Shown here piece by piece: positions 26,708-38,903 of a stretch of DNA of 64,000 nucleotides. The notes beneath the pieces were generated by a model, which searched no databases, was not told the origin of the DNA, and saw only the letters and a list, made by a program, of their open reading frames with translations. The stretch covers positions 6,882,001 through 6,946,000 of the forward strand of contig NC_043013.1 in the NCBI RefSeq assembly GCF_006345805.1, written 5' to 3'. Positions within the stretch are counted from its first letter, which is position 1. Each line of letters opens with the position of its first letter. The stretch comes from Octopus sinensis. Its lineage: Eukaryota. Made by a program: the position numbers and the translations under genes.

Positions 26708-27284
26708 GGTACGTAGGTATGTATGTATGTATGTATGTATGTATGTATGTATGTATCTATGTATGTATGTATGTATGTATGTATGTATGTATGTATGTGT
26801 GTGTGTATGCATGTATGTATGTATGTATGTATGTATGTATGTATGTGTGTATGTATGTATGTATGTATGTATGTGTGTGTGTATGTATGTATGTATGTAT
26901 GTATGCATGTATTTATGTATGTATGTATGTATGTATGTATGTATGTGTGTGTGTATGTATGTATGTATGTATGTATGTATGTATGTATGTATGTATGTAT
27001 GTATGTATCATGTATGTATGTATGTATGTTAGTATGTATGTAGTGTTGTGTGTATGTATGTATGTATGTATGTATGTATGTATGTATGTATGTATGTATG
27101 TATGTGTGTGTATGTATGTATGTATGTATGTGTGTGTGTATGTATGTATGTATGTATGTATGTGTGTGTGTATGTATGTATGTATGTATGTATGTATGTA
27201 TGTATGTATGTATGTATGTATGTATGTATGTGTGTGTGTATGTATGTATGTATGTATGTGTGTGTGTATGTATGTATGTATGTA

Positions 27285-27315
<31 letters not shown>

Positions 27316-28092
27316 GTGTGTATGTATGTATGTATGTATGTATGTGTGTATGTATGTATGTATGTATGTGGTGTGTGATGTATGTATGTATGTATGTATG
27401 TATGTATGTATGTATGTAGTGTGTTGTGGTGTATGTATGTATGTGGTGTGTGTATGTATGTATGTATGTATGTATGTGTGTATGTATGTATGTATGTATG
27501 TGTGTGTGTATGTATGTATGTATGTATGTGTGTGTGTATGTATGTATGTATGTATGTGTGTGTGTATGTATGTATGTATGTGTGTGTGTATGTATGTATG
27601 TATGTATGTATGTATGTGTGTATGTATGTATGTATGTATGTGTGTGTGTATGTATGTATGTATGTATGTATGCATGTATGTATGTATGTATGTATGTATG
27701 TATGTTGTGTATGTATGTATGTATGTATGTTGTGTGTATGTATGTATGTATGTATGTATGTGGTGTGTGTATGTATGTATGTTGTATGTATGTATGTATG
27801 TATGTATGTATGTGTGTGTATGTATGTATGTATGTATGTGTGTGTGTATGTATGTATGTATGTATATGTATGCATGTATGTATGTATGTATGTATGTATG
27901 TATGTATGTATGTATGTATGTATGTATGTATGTATGTGTGTGTATATGTGTGTATGTATGTATGTATGTTGGTGTGTATGTATGTATGTATTTATGTATG
28001 TACGTATGTATGTATGTATGTATGTACGTATGCATGTATGTATCTATGTATGTATGTATGTGTGTGTGTATGTATGTATGCATGTATGTATG

Positions 28093-28123
<31 letters not shown>

Positions 28124-28245
28124 ATATGTATATATGTATGTATATATGTATATAGGTATGTATGTATGTATATATGTATATAGTTATATATGTATGTATG
28201 CATGTATGTATGTATGTATGTATGTATGTATGTATGTATGTATGT
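26708..28245. repeat. ~1.5-kb (TATG)n microsatellite with (TG) interruptions
   Basis: Directly visible. Confidence 0.98.
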
Positions 28246-28538
28246 ATTATTGTTTTATCTTCACAGATGATAACCGTTCTGTTTCTTGAATGTCTTTGGT
28301 ATACTCTAGCTTGTGATATACACCCATAAATAATTATCCTCTGATATGATGGAAGGGGTTTCTACCACAACTTTCCGTTTATCTAGGTTGTCGCAATCAG
28401 TCTTGGTTTTAAAATCGATTATTGTAAACTCAGAGTACCAGCTCATAACTATATATTGTGTACACGCTCGCACGCACGCACGCACACACACACAAACACA
28501 AACACACACACATACATATATATATATACTGTGTTTTT

Positions 28539-28711
28539 GGGAGGGTCATTTTGTCTTTACGCCTTATTAATTAACACACTAACCGGTTCGGTTTCCACTC
28601 GATTTTTTTTTTCTTTCTAGAATTTTCATTGTTTCTTGCAACCTCCTCAATAGTTGTTGACTCTATTGAGAAGGCTGTAAGAAGCAACGAAAATTCTGGA
28701 GGAAAACGAAA

Positions 28712-28753
<42 letters not shown>

Positions 28754-29044
28754 ATCCAAACAAGAAAACACAAAAAAAAACCCAAAACAACACAGCAACG
28801 CGAGGACGTGGAACAAATAAAGTATTATTGGACGCTCAGGAAAGAAGGGAAGAAGGAGGGTTTAATGTTTCGAGCGGAGCTCTTCGTCGGAAACATAGGA
28901 GAAGGAAAGATCCCGAGATGGGAAGACAGAGGGAAAAAAATCGCCAGCGGTACTCACGAGGTCACATATTGAAAAAAAAATGACTGGAAATCAAACCTGT
29001 GAGTGTACTAGTTGATAAGGCGTAAAGACAAAATGACTCTTCCC
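28539..29044. mobile_element. Decayed TIR element (MITE) with ~70-bp inverted ends
   Basis: GTCATTTTGTCTTTACGCCTTAT... at 28545 is inverted at ~29015-29037. No clear TSD. Confidence 0.6.
28860..28894 (-). ncRNA. Degenerate minimal hammerhead motif in a Penelope-type repeat
   Basis: GUUU-CCGACGA-A-GAGC UCC GCUC-GAAAC-AUU-AAAC; U4C and G16.2A changes, with stem I covariation (GUUU/AAAC). Confidence 0.5.
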
Positions 29045-29216
29045 AGACACAACAAACAAACAAATATGCTTCAACACACGAATTCACATCAAAAATCTAG
29101 TAAAGCAGATACAAAAACGAAGTATGTGTGTGTGTGTGTATGTGTGTGAGCGCCCGTGTGTGTATATACATACATACATATATACATACAACACACACAC
29201 ACACACCACAACACAC

Positions 29217-29298
<82 letters not shown>

Positions 29299-29578
29299 GG
29301 AACAAAAACGCAATAGAGGACAATAAAACATTCAGACAGACAATACAAAGGTGGGCAGGAGAAACAACAGGGGGGAAAGGGCGGGTCATTCGTATCTTCA
29401 GTCAATAGACCAGATGTCCTTACTGTTTCGGGCAGTTACAGTCAGGAGGGCGCATGGCTTAGTGTTGCTAGCGATCGTGATTTCAATTTCGAGACCATGT
29501 GGTGCGTTGTGTTCTTGAACAAACACTCCATGTCACGTTGTGTAGAAATATATGTATACAGTTTTTTTTTTATTGCAG

Positions 29579-29866
29579 GTAAGAAAATGAATTTCAAAGT
29601 GAATGGCAAAGAAAACGGTCGGGAGCCGAACAGAATTCGCGAAGAACATCTTTCGCCAGGAAACAGAGGACAGGTGTATATGAACCGTAAGTTAACGGAG
29701 AGTAACAACCCAGATACCCAAGACAAAACTGATACCGTGTCCAAAAAACTGTATGTAGACCAGACGTCCGTCCGCTATAAAATACATCACAATCACAAGT
29801 TAAAAGGTTCAAAGAAGAAAAGGAAAAAATTAAAACGTAAGAAGAAGGCGAGGAAAAAATTTAAAG
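29579..29866 (+). CDS. Internal 288-nt phase 1-1 exon encoding a polar, polybasic segment (…KGSKKKRKKLKRKKKARKKFK)
   Basis: Acceptor TTTTTTTTTTATTGCAG|29579 and donor AAAG|GTACGT at 29867. Only the phase-1 frame is open. Sequence is non-repetitive. Confidence 0.8.
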
Positions 29867-30237
29867 GTACGTTATAAAAGGACTTTCTCTTACGGAAATT
29901 ATATATACACGCACACACACAGACATGTATACATACACACACGCACAAGCACACGTATTCTTTTACTTGTTTCAGTCATTTGACTGCAGCCATACTGGAG
30001 CACCGCATTTAGTCGAAGAAATCGACCCCAGGACTTATTCTTTGTAACCCTAGTACTTATTCTATCAGTCTCTCTCTTTTGCTGAACCGCTGCTTCACGG
30101 AATTTTGTCAGTGAACATGTCGCGGTCACAAAGCGACGAAAATATTTTGGCAAATTAAATTCAAATGTTGAAGTGAATCTAACGGTTTTTGTGTATTTCT
30201 TAAATTGCTTATAAACAACCACCTTCCACGCTGCATT

Positions 30238-30273
<36 letters not shown>

Positions 30274-30284
30274 TATATAATATA

Positions 30285-30327
<43 letters not shown>

Positions 30328-30438
30328 TATAATATATATATATATATATATAATGTGTATATATATATATATGTATGTGTGTTTGTGTATGTATGTATAT
30401 GTATATATATGTGAGTATATACACAAACACACAAACAG

Positions 30439-30472
<34 letters not shown>

Positions 30473-31365
30473 CACATACGTATATAACTTTATTTATATA
30501 ACGGTCACAATATATCTATTAAACCGCTACTAATGGTTTCATAGGGTGAGAAATTTCAAGCATATTCTTCGGGCGCAAACTACATATTATAACGAACTAA
30601 GGAAATTGATTAATAGAAAAAAATGCGGAAAAACTGAGAAGGCAGCATATAGAAAACGTCGGCAGTAAACAACGGAAAACGAAAAACGGAAAACAGATAA
30701 CGAATAAACAGAAATTAAAATGTAAAAATGAAAGGTAAAAAGGTAAAAAAAATCTGCAACAATTAGTAGCGCTCTAATATATGAATTGTGACCTTTAAAT
30801 AAATAATATTTATCTCACACCAAATGGCGTACTGTTTTTTGTTGAATTTTCTGTCATGGATCAGCATACACACACATATATATATATATAGATATATATA
30901 TATACTGCGGTGTTTATTTTGACCATATCGTGCTTATGAGGTGTTTTGGCGGGCAATTTAACTGGCCTTGTGCATACGTGCATATATATGTATGTATGGA
31001 CGTTCGTATATGTAAGTATAACGTTTGTTCTGCATATATATATCTGTATTTATGTACTTTTGATATATTCAACCGATGACGGTAAAGCTTATTTAAAGCA
31101 AAACCAGAAATCCTGGATCTTGAATTATTCAATAATATTTTTTGCTAGTCTATTTTGTCCTTCTGTCTTTTCTCATGGTACGATATGAACATTAAACGTG
31201 GTTTTTAAAGTCAGGGTTTTGACTGCTATTTTGGCATGGTGGTGTCTCTCAGACACCCTTATTTTTAGTTGTGTATATATATATATATATATATAACGGG
31301 AAGCTTTATGAAAATAGACAAAAGACGAAGGCAGGTGGAAAACAAACGAGCAATTGTATTAGTAT

Positions 31366-31413
<48 letters not shown>

Positions 31414-33143
31414 TTGCACGGAGCAGCCAGCGCGGAATAAAATATATTCGCGTAAAGTCATATTTAACACGTCTGGGACAGCGTTTATCTTCGGAAGTAG
31501 TCTCGGAAAAAAATCACTTCGAAGATGACGTGTGAACATACATTTGGTTCTGAATAGCATCAATGAATGGTAGAGCGTATGAGCTTCTTTGTTGTTACTC
31601 GTCATCAGCTTCAAATTCCAGATCTGCTCCTCACAACCCGAAAAGAACGATTCATTCTTATATTTGAACAACGAACAGTCCTTTCCCTGATGTGTGTAAA
31701 GCTTGGTCAAGTAGGATGACGTAGGAAGAGTTACCGCTGCTGAAATCGCTTTAAGAGAAAGTCCTTCTTCGGACCACATGAACCAACTAGTAAGATGACC
31801 CCATAACATGTAGTGCATTACTGCTTATTTAATTCTAATCATTCTCATTTACGTATCAAGAAAAGGAATCACAATAATTCAAAATTCAGCCATAATGAGG
31901 AGGAAAATGTGCGTGTTAAATTGTTTTACCCCATCTCTAACCAACTTCTCCATATACGCGTGCATCACTAAGCACCCGCCCTTCCTGTTCTTCTGTTTTC
32001 AGGGCCAATCCTGATATCTTGCCAATTCCATCTTTATCTCCCTTTTCAGCCCCACCTGGATTACACCTGCCCCTTTTTGTATAATACAAGTATCTATGTA
32101 TTCTCTCTACAGAAAGAAACCTGTTACGGACTCTTCCTTTGTGCTTTCAGCATCTAGCCTAAAACTACTTTGCCCTCTAATGTAATCCAACCTTGCAGAA
32201 GGGAGTATAAGTGTTAGGAACTACATGGTGAACTCGCTGGTACTTGTGACATGTGAAAGCATCCAGTGTACTATGGAAAGTTGTCGGTGTCAGGAAGGGC
32301 ATCTAGCCTTAGAAAACAGGGCAAAGTATGTATTGGAGCTTGGTGTATTCCTCCAACCCATGAATCCTTTCAAATCATCCTCCACCACATGGTAGCTAAA
32401 AGACAGAGATGGCAAAAGAAGATGGTGGTGGTAGTGGTGGCAGCAATTGTGTTGAATCTAGAAGTGGTAATGATGTATCACCATCTCAACCACAGAGCTA
32501 AAATTAATTATAAAAGATATCAAAACTAGAAAACTGAGTCTAATCTTCGATAGTGTTCTCGCAACCACGAATTTCAGCTTGTTAACCCTCTCACATCTGC
32601 AAAATTCAACTTATTTTACTTCTCAATTCTTTTAGAGAAAACAATTATTATTTACACTTTTTCGATATCAGTGTCTATCGATACTGGAAAAAGTATAAGT
32701 GTTTGTGAAGGGAACCTACTTCTCATCGACAACTGTGATTGTCACACGCCGATGACGGGTCACTACCCAGAAACTCGAGTCCGTGTGTATCATAAGTTGA
32801 AGACGGGAAGGATGGCTTCCCTTTGCAAACACTGATAGGGTACAGAAAGTGTGTCTATGGCCAGCTGGAGGAGGTGTCCTCCTGGGGATACAAACTACAG
32901 TAGCATCCACCCTTAGGGGTTAGCCATATTTAAATGGCAAATGTACGTCACGAATTATTATTTATTTTACGTAAATGTAAAAAAGCAAGCAAATGTTTCA
33001 CTCATTCTCGAAAACTGCTCAGAAGTCATTTACCAAGTCATGCTAATGTTACAAAGTTGCAAATAAGCCATCTGGTCTATACCTTCATACATAACAAGCT
33101 TTTGTCTCAAAGATGATGGATGACACCATTCTCTCTTCTCCAG

Positions 33144-33210
33144 AAACACAAGATGTTATTACCAAGAAGTGCATTACAAAATGTGTGACAACCCAACAGA
33201 TGGAATACCA
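33144..33210 (+). CDS. Internal 67-nt phase 1-2 exon: E-TQDVITKKCITKCVTTQQMEY
   Basis: Acceptor CCATTCTCTCTTCTCCAG|33144 and donor CA|GTAAGT at 33211. Its phases bridge the 29579 exon and the 38279 exon exactly. Confidence 0.75.
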
Positions 33211-33984
33211 GTAAGTTTTATTATTTACTCATATCTTTATTGCAAAATTTTGTATACTTTAAATCCTGTATTTTATGAGTCTTCAGCTGATGTATGTATT
33301 TATACATGTATGTATATATGCATGTATGCATAAATGCATATATGTATACATTTAAAGTGGTATGGGCACAAACCGGAACCTGTGAATGAGGGTGCGTTGT
33401 GTAGTGTGGGCAGCTTTCTAGTTCTTGTATCCTGGTTCTGAGGCTCAGCTTTTGTCTATTTCAGAAAGGGGGGAAAGGATTTCAATACAAGGCATAGCCC
33501 ATGTATTTATGGCTTTAATAATGTTCCCGCCATTTAATTTTGTTTTGCACACCTTCCTATTTCTCTCCTTGTGCCTTTTTGTAACTTTCCTTCTCATTTC
33601 TCCTTCCATTATACAATCGTTTTGCTGCACTCCTAGATGTTTGTATCCTTCATTACGCCACAGCGGTCTAGTAATGTTGTCTTGTGATAAATTTATGCTA
33701 TCAAAGTTTATCTTCCAGGCTCTCTTCGTGATTAGGTCTCTTCATAATTAGAACAGTGCACTTATCTATTCTAAATTCCATTCCAATAGCTTTACTGAAC
33801 ACTTTCACTTTTGCTCATGGCAGTTCTACTTCCCACACTCTTATTGCTTTCTCAAGGAAGTTGTTTATCTTCTCATTTACTCTGGACGTTCTCAGACACT
33901 CCAAGAGCCAACTGTATGGGACTGTAATTTATCCACCCTGCAGTTACAAGTTTCTGCCTAACTCGTACTTTATTTAATATTCGG

Positions 33985-34066
<82 letters not shown>

Positions 34067-34087
34067 GTCTGTCTATCTATCTATCTA

Positions 34088-34148
<61 letters not shown>

Positions 34149-34149
34149 T

Positions 34150-34457
34150 CTTTTACTCTTTTACTTGTTTCAATCATTTGACTGCGGCCATGCTGGGGCA
34201 ACGCCTTTAGTCGAACAAATCGGTTGTCAAGCAATGCTAGGAGGACAAACACAGACACACAAACATACGCACATATATATATATACATATATACGACCGG
34301 GCTTCTTTCAGTTTCCGTCTACCAAATCCACTCACAAGCTTTGGTCGGCCCGAGGCTATAGCAGAAGACACTTGCCCAAGGTGCCACGCAATAGGACTGA
34401 AACCGGAACCATGTGGTTTGTTAGCAAGCTACTTACTACACAGCCACTCCTGTGCCT
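34150..34457 (-). mobile_element. SINE family C with a central deletion
   Basis: Homologous to 16357-16760. Confidence 0.85.
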
Positions 34458-34506
34458 ATATAATATATATATAATATAATATATATAGATATATATATTA
34501 TATTAT

Positions 34507-34555
<49 letters not shown>

Positions 34556-34922
34556 CAAATCAACAGTCCCCCTTGATTTTTTCCTACTAACTCATTGTTC
34601 CTCTAACAATAGATTCTTCTTTTCCGGAAAATTATATCATCTGCCCTGACTCTAATTAGTAGATTCCAGATTAATGGTAAGCAAGTGACGGGTCTATGAT
34701 TCCTGACTCTTTCCTTTCTCCTTCTGCAGCAACATTATCTTTTCTTTTGCCATCCATCTTGGTATTCCATTTGCTATGCAGTCAGTAAAAATTGTAAAAC
34801 ATTGTAAACTGTAAGAGGGTTATTACCTTAATAGGTGTTTTATTAAGAGAACAAAGCTATAGAGAAGCAGAGGGTCGGCGGGCGTTTTCTGTCGTCTCCT
34901 ATCCTTATCATCTTGTATTATT

Positions 34923-35314
34923 GGATGGATGGAAGCACTCCGTCGGTTACGACGACGAGGGTTCCGGTTGATCCGAATCAACGGAACAGCCTGCTCGTGA
35001 AATTAACGTGTAAGTGGCTGAGCACTCCACAGACACGTGTACCCTTAACGTAGTTTTCGGGGATATTCAGCGTGACACAGAGAGTGACAAGGCCGGCCCT
35101 TTGAAATACAGGTACAACAGAAACAGGAAGTAAGAGTGAGAGAAAGTTGTGGTGAAAGAGTACAGCAGGGATCACCACCATCCCTGCCGGAGCCTCGTGG
35201 AGCTTTAGGTGTTTTCGCTCAATAAACACTCACATCGCCCGGTCTGGGAATCGAAACCGCGATCCTATGAACGCGAGTCCGCTACCCTAACCACTGGGCC
35301 ATTGCGCCTCCACT
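34923..35314 (-). mobile_element. SINE family A, full length with (TCCA)n tail
   Basis: 13-bp TSD ATCTTGTATTATT at 34910-34922 and 35315-35327. Confidence 0.93.
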
Positions 35315-36848
35315 ATCTTGTATTATTATCATTCGCCTCATCAGTGTTTTGTCCAGCCTGCAAAGCTACTCATCTTTGTACTGCCTCTATGGCAAATGAA
35401 ATGAATAAAATGCACTCAGTAAAAAAAAACGGTCGTATATAACTGTGTATACTTGGGAGATCTTTGGGCAACATTTAATCCACTTTAGTAGTTTCTTCAA
35501 CATCAATCTTACTTTCTTATACCTGATCGTTAGGTTGTGTTGTATCACTCCATCTCCCATTTCTCTTTTCAATTCCCGTAACTAATCTGCTTTTATATTA
35601 TGTTGGACCTTTTTGCTCTGGATTTCCAGATTTCTCGATCTCCGGATTTCCCATGCTGCTTCCGTATAATTTCCCTGATGCTCATCTTCATTGCTAAGTT
35701 ATTCATAGGATTTTCTTTCGTTGTTCTTGAAGAGTCTATTCAACTGATACTGAATTGGTTTTTGTTGGTGTGTGTCTTGTTTTTCTTTCACCCGACACTG
35801 CTTAGATCTTTTAGTCTTAGTTCTTCCTTAAGTACCTGGAGTCCTTTATGTCTTATGTTGTTCTTTCTTTGTAGTTCTTTCCCATGTCTTTCCTTCACCT
35901 TCTTCTTTTCTCTGATTGCATGTATCCGTCCGTGGTTTTGAACTGTTTAATTTGGCTCTAAGCCATCATTCGCACCATGGGGCTTTGTCTTCTGCTTTTC
36001 TTTCACTTTTAATCTCAAGAATTTGCAGTGACAGAGGCTGAGTAGTATACAATATTGTTTAGATCTGTTATGTTCTCAATGTAGACATTCCTTCCTTAAC
36101 AGTCCTTCCATCTTTTTCACACTATGTAGTTTTCCTTCCTCGATTCCTCTCAGAGCTGTTAGCCTCATGCTTTCGCTGTTTCGTGTCTCAATCGGGTCTA
36201 ATAGCAATATTCTTTCTTCTTCTGTGACAGTCTCCTTCACAAAGTAAAATTTACCATCATCCGAGCATCTGTTTCTTTTGTAGGGAATTATCAGTCTCTC
36301 TGCTAAGCCCTGTTCTTGCCCTGCTTTCTGTTAGCCATGTTCAGCGCATTCACGTTCACGCTGTTTCACCATTGTGATCACCTCCAGTCCCAACTGGTCT
36401 AGCCACTGCTTTTTCGCAATAGAATTGTTTAGGTTTAGAAATCTTCGCTCCGTGATAGGGAACATGTCTTTCTCTGTCCAAATATGCATTCTTTTTCCGG
36501 TATCATATTTCGATAGGCTCGCTTCCAAATGATGGCATTCAATTACAGTTCTATGGTGGTTTTGAGTCCATTTTCTCCTAATCTTTGGAGTAGTACTTGG
36601 ATAACGAACAGGTCCATCTTGTTGCGCAGAGGAGCACTTGCCGAATGAAAGACCATCACTTCAGGTTTTGGGCTCATGAACGCAATTGTGGTTTATATTT
36701 GGGATTACACTCATAAAGAGGACTGTGTTGTTGAGGTGCCACAATTACCTTCTAGAGGATTGTCAATCAAAGCTAAAGGAACCTTCTTCCTTCTGTGAGA
36801 TTATTTACCCCCATGAAAACGTTCTTTGCCGTTTTTGCACTCGGGATA

Positions 36849-36849
<1 letters not shown>

Positions 36850-36883
<34 letters not shown>

Positions 36884-36894
36884 TATTATTATTA

Positions 36895-36976
<82 letters not shown>

Positions 36977-37022
36977 CATTATTATTATTATTATTATTAT
37001 CATTATTATTATTATCATCAAC
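36850..37022. repeat. (CAT)n to (TAT)n tract
   Basis: Directly visible. Confidence 0.95.
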
Positions 37023-37041
37023 ATCAACATGTATGAAGAAG

Positions 37042-37670
37042 GCAACCTGAGAGAATCTTTAGCAATCCGGGCAAAATACTTAGCGACATTTCGTCCGTCT
37101 TAACGTTCTGAGTTCAAATTCAGCCGTGGTTGATTCGGTCTTTCATCCATTCAGGAATGTTAAAATAAGTACCAGTTAAAAACTGGATCGATGTAATCGA
37201 CTTATCCCCTCCCCCGAAATTGCTGGCGTTGTTCGCTTTCCTTATATCATCATTATTCTCTTGTACTCTAGGCACAAGACCGGAAATTTTGGTGGAGGGG
37301 TTTAGACGATTAGATCGACCTCAGTATGCAACTGATACTTAATTTATCGACCCGGAAAAGATGAAAGGCAAAGTCGATCTCGGCGGAATTTGAACTCCGG
37401 ACGTAAAGACACGAAATGCCGCTAAGTATTTCGCCCGGCGTGCTAACGTTTCTACCAGCTCGCCGCCTTATTAAATATTCTTTTCTACTCTATGCACAAG
37501 GCCCGAATTTTGGGGGCAAGGGGCCAGTCGATTAGACTGACCCTAGTATGCAGCTAGTACTTAATTTATCTCGACCCCGAAAAGATGAAAGGCAAAGTCG
37601 ATCTCGGCGGAATTTGAAATCAGAACGTAAACAAAATACCGCCCGGCATGCTAACGTTTCTGCCTGCTCA
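37042..37670. mobile_element. Cluster of three family-B SINEs (+ 37042-37230; - 37262-37470; - 37482-37670)
   Basis: Homology to 3031-3229 and 23831-24040. Confidence 0.85.
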
Positions 37671-37789
37671 CTTCTTTGATGTTGTTACATTACTAAATCG
37701 CTAGTATTTTACCTGAATACAGTTCTATATTTAAGATATGAGGAATTATTTACATTATTTACATTTGATATATATTTATCCTCACCTTG

Positions 37790-38230
37790 TTTATTGTTAA
37801 CACAACATTTCGGCTGATATACCCTCCTGCCTTCATCAGGTGTCTTAGGGAAATTTCGAACCTGAGTTCTCATTCCTAAGGTATTTTCCGATGTTATTAT
37901 TATTATTATTTAGGCCACTGCTTAGAACCGAACTAGGAATCTTGGGGTTAGTAGCCTGCGCTCTTTACTACAACACCATATACCCGCGGTCAATTATGGA
38001 GTGAATTTCGGGGCTTATAAATCTAATATTTTCCAATCCTTCCTTAATACCACTTCCCATATGCTGCTCATATCTGCATTCGGTCTGCTTAGGAGGTTGT
38101 GTCCTAGCACGTGTGCTGCTTCTTTTAGTTTTCGTATTTTCCAGTGGTGTTCTCTGTCTATTATTTTAACTTCATCCCACAGGGAGAGATTGTCTCCATT
38201 TTCCCGTGTTTTTACGTTGTCTGCCAAACA
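37790..38230 (-). mobile_element. Penelope-like element 3' remnant (GIY-YIG endonuclease C-terminus plus pLTR/3'UTR)
   Basis: ORF 38015..38227(-) WDEVKIIDREHHWKIRKLKEAAHVLGHNLLSRP..IWEVVL matches the typical PLE endonuclease tail. A hammerhead motif follows downstream. Confidence 0.85.
37799..37844 (-). ncRNA. Type I hammerhead ribozyme motif of the Penelope element
   Basis: GACAC-CUGAUGA-A-GGCAG(GAGGGUAUAU)CAGCC-GAAAU-GUU-GUGUU. The core is intact; stem II has one mismatch and ACGU has decayed to AUGU. Confidence 0.7.
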
Positions 38231-38278
38231 TCTTATATTTATAATAGTCTTCTGTTTTTACTATATTTCTATACGCAG

Positions 38279-38432
38279 CTCAAACAGCAAGATCACGAGT
38301 TCAGTTCTGAAAGAAACCCAGAAGAATGCAAGATCTGTCAGGAAGAAGGACAATGAAAATGACGTGAAAGCAAAGAGGCAGAGAGAGGAGATGATATCTG
38401 TGGGGGAACGTCACCGGAGTAGATTTGTGTAG
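38279..38432 (+). CDS. Terminal coding exon (phase 2): H-SNSKITSSVLKETQKNARSVRKKDNENDVKAKRQREEMISVGERHRSRFV*
   Basis: Acceptor TTTTTACTATATTTCTATACGCAG|38279, 50 open codons to TAG in the phase required by the 33144 exon. AATAAA occurs downstream at ~38623 and ~38762. Confidence 0.68.
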
Positions 38433-38461
38433 CAATGAAGAAGGCGATGTATAGTGGGGAT

Positions 38462-38478
38462 GTGGTTGTTGTTGTTGC

Positions 38479-38542
<64 letters not shown>

Positions 38543-38721
38543 GATAAGAAGTGTCCGACGCACAGAGAGAAACACTGAAAAGTTGTACAGGAGGGGTTGA
38601 AGAAAAGGTTTAGACTGCGATGAATAAAGAAAGAAAGAAAAAAGACAGAAAGAAAGAAAGAAAGAAAGAAAAAGAGAAAGAAAAAGAGAGAGAGAGAGAA
38701 AGGATGAAAGAAAGAAAGACA

Positions 38722-38756
<35 letters not shown>

Positions 38757-38819
38757 GAAGAAATAAAGAATGAAAGAAAGAGAGAGAGAGAGAGAGAAAG
38801 GATGAAAGAAAGAAAGACA

Positions 38820-38851
<32 letters not shown>

Positions 38852-38855
38852 ACGA

Positions 38856-38903
<48 letters not shown>

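Larger units (their letters stand above)
33420..36530 (-). mobile_element. Fragmented R4/Dong-like non-LTR retrotransposon interrupted by SINEs and microsatellites
   Basis: Minus-strand remnants in order: RMHIWTEKDMFPITE..KKQWL (~36480), YQLNRLFKNNERK (~35740), VPYSWLLECLRT (~33920), YKHLG (~33640), KLNGGNIIKAINTWAMP (~33520). Confidence 0.75.

Noticed and set aside
28270-28301. Strong acceptor TTTTATCTTCACAG
   Set aside because: The phase-1 frame hits TGA after six codons, and the donor is weak.
33144-38356. Alternative frame NTRCYYQEVHYKMCDNPTDGIP-LKQQ...EECKIC with pleiotrophin-like C-x9-C spacing
   Set aside because: Needs a phase-2 upstream exon that I could not find. The 29579 exon is open only in phase 1, so the other frame is more parsimonious.
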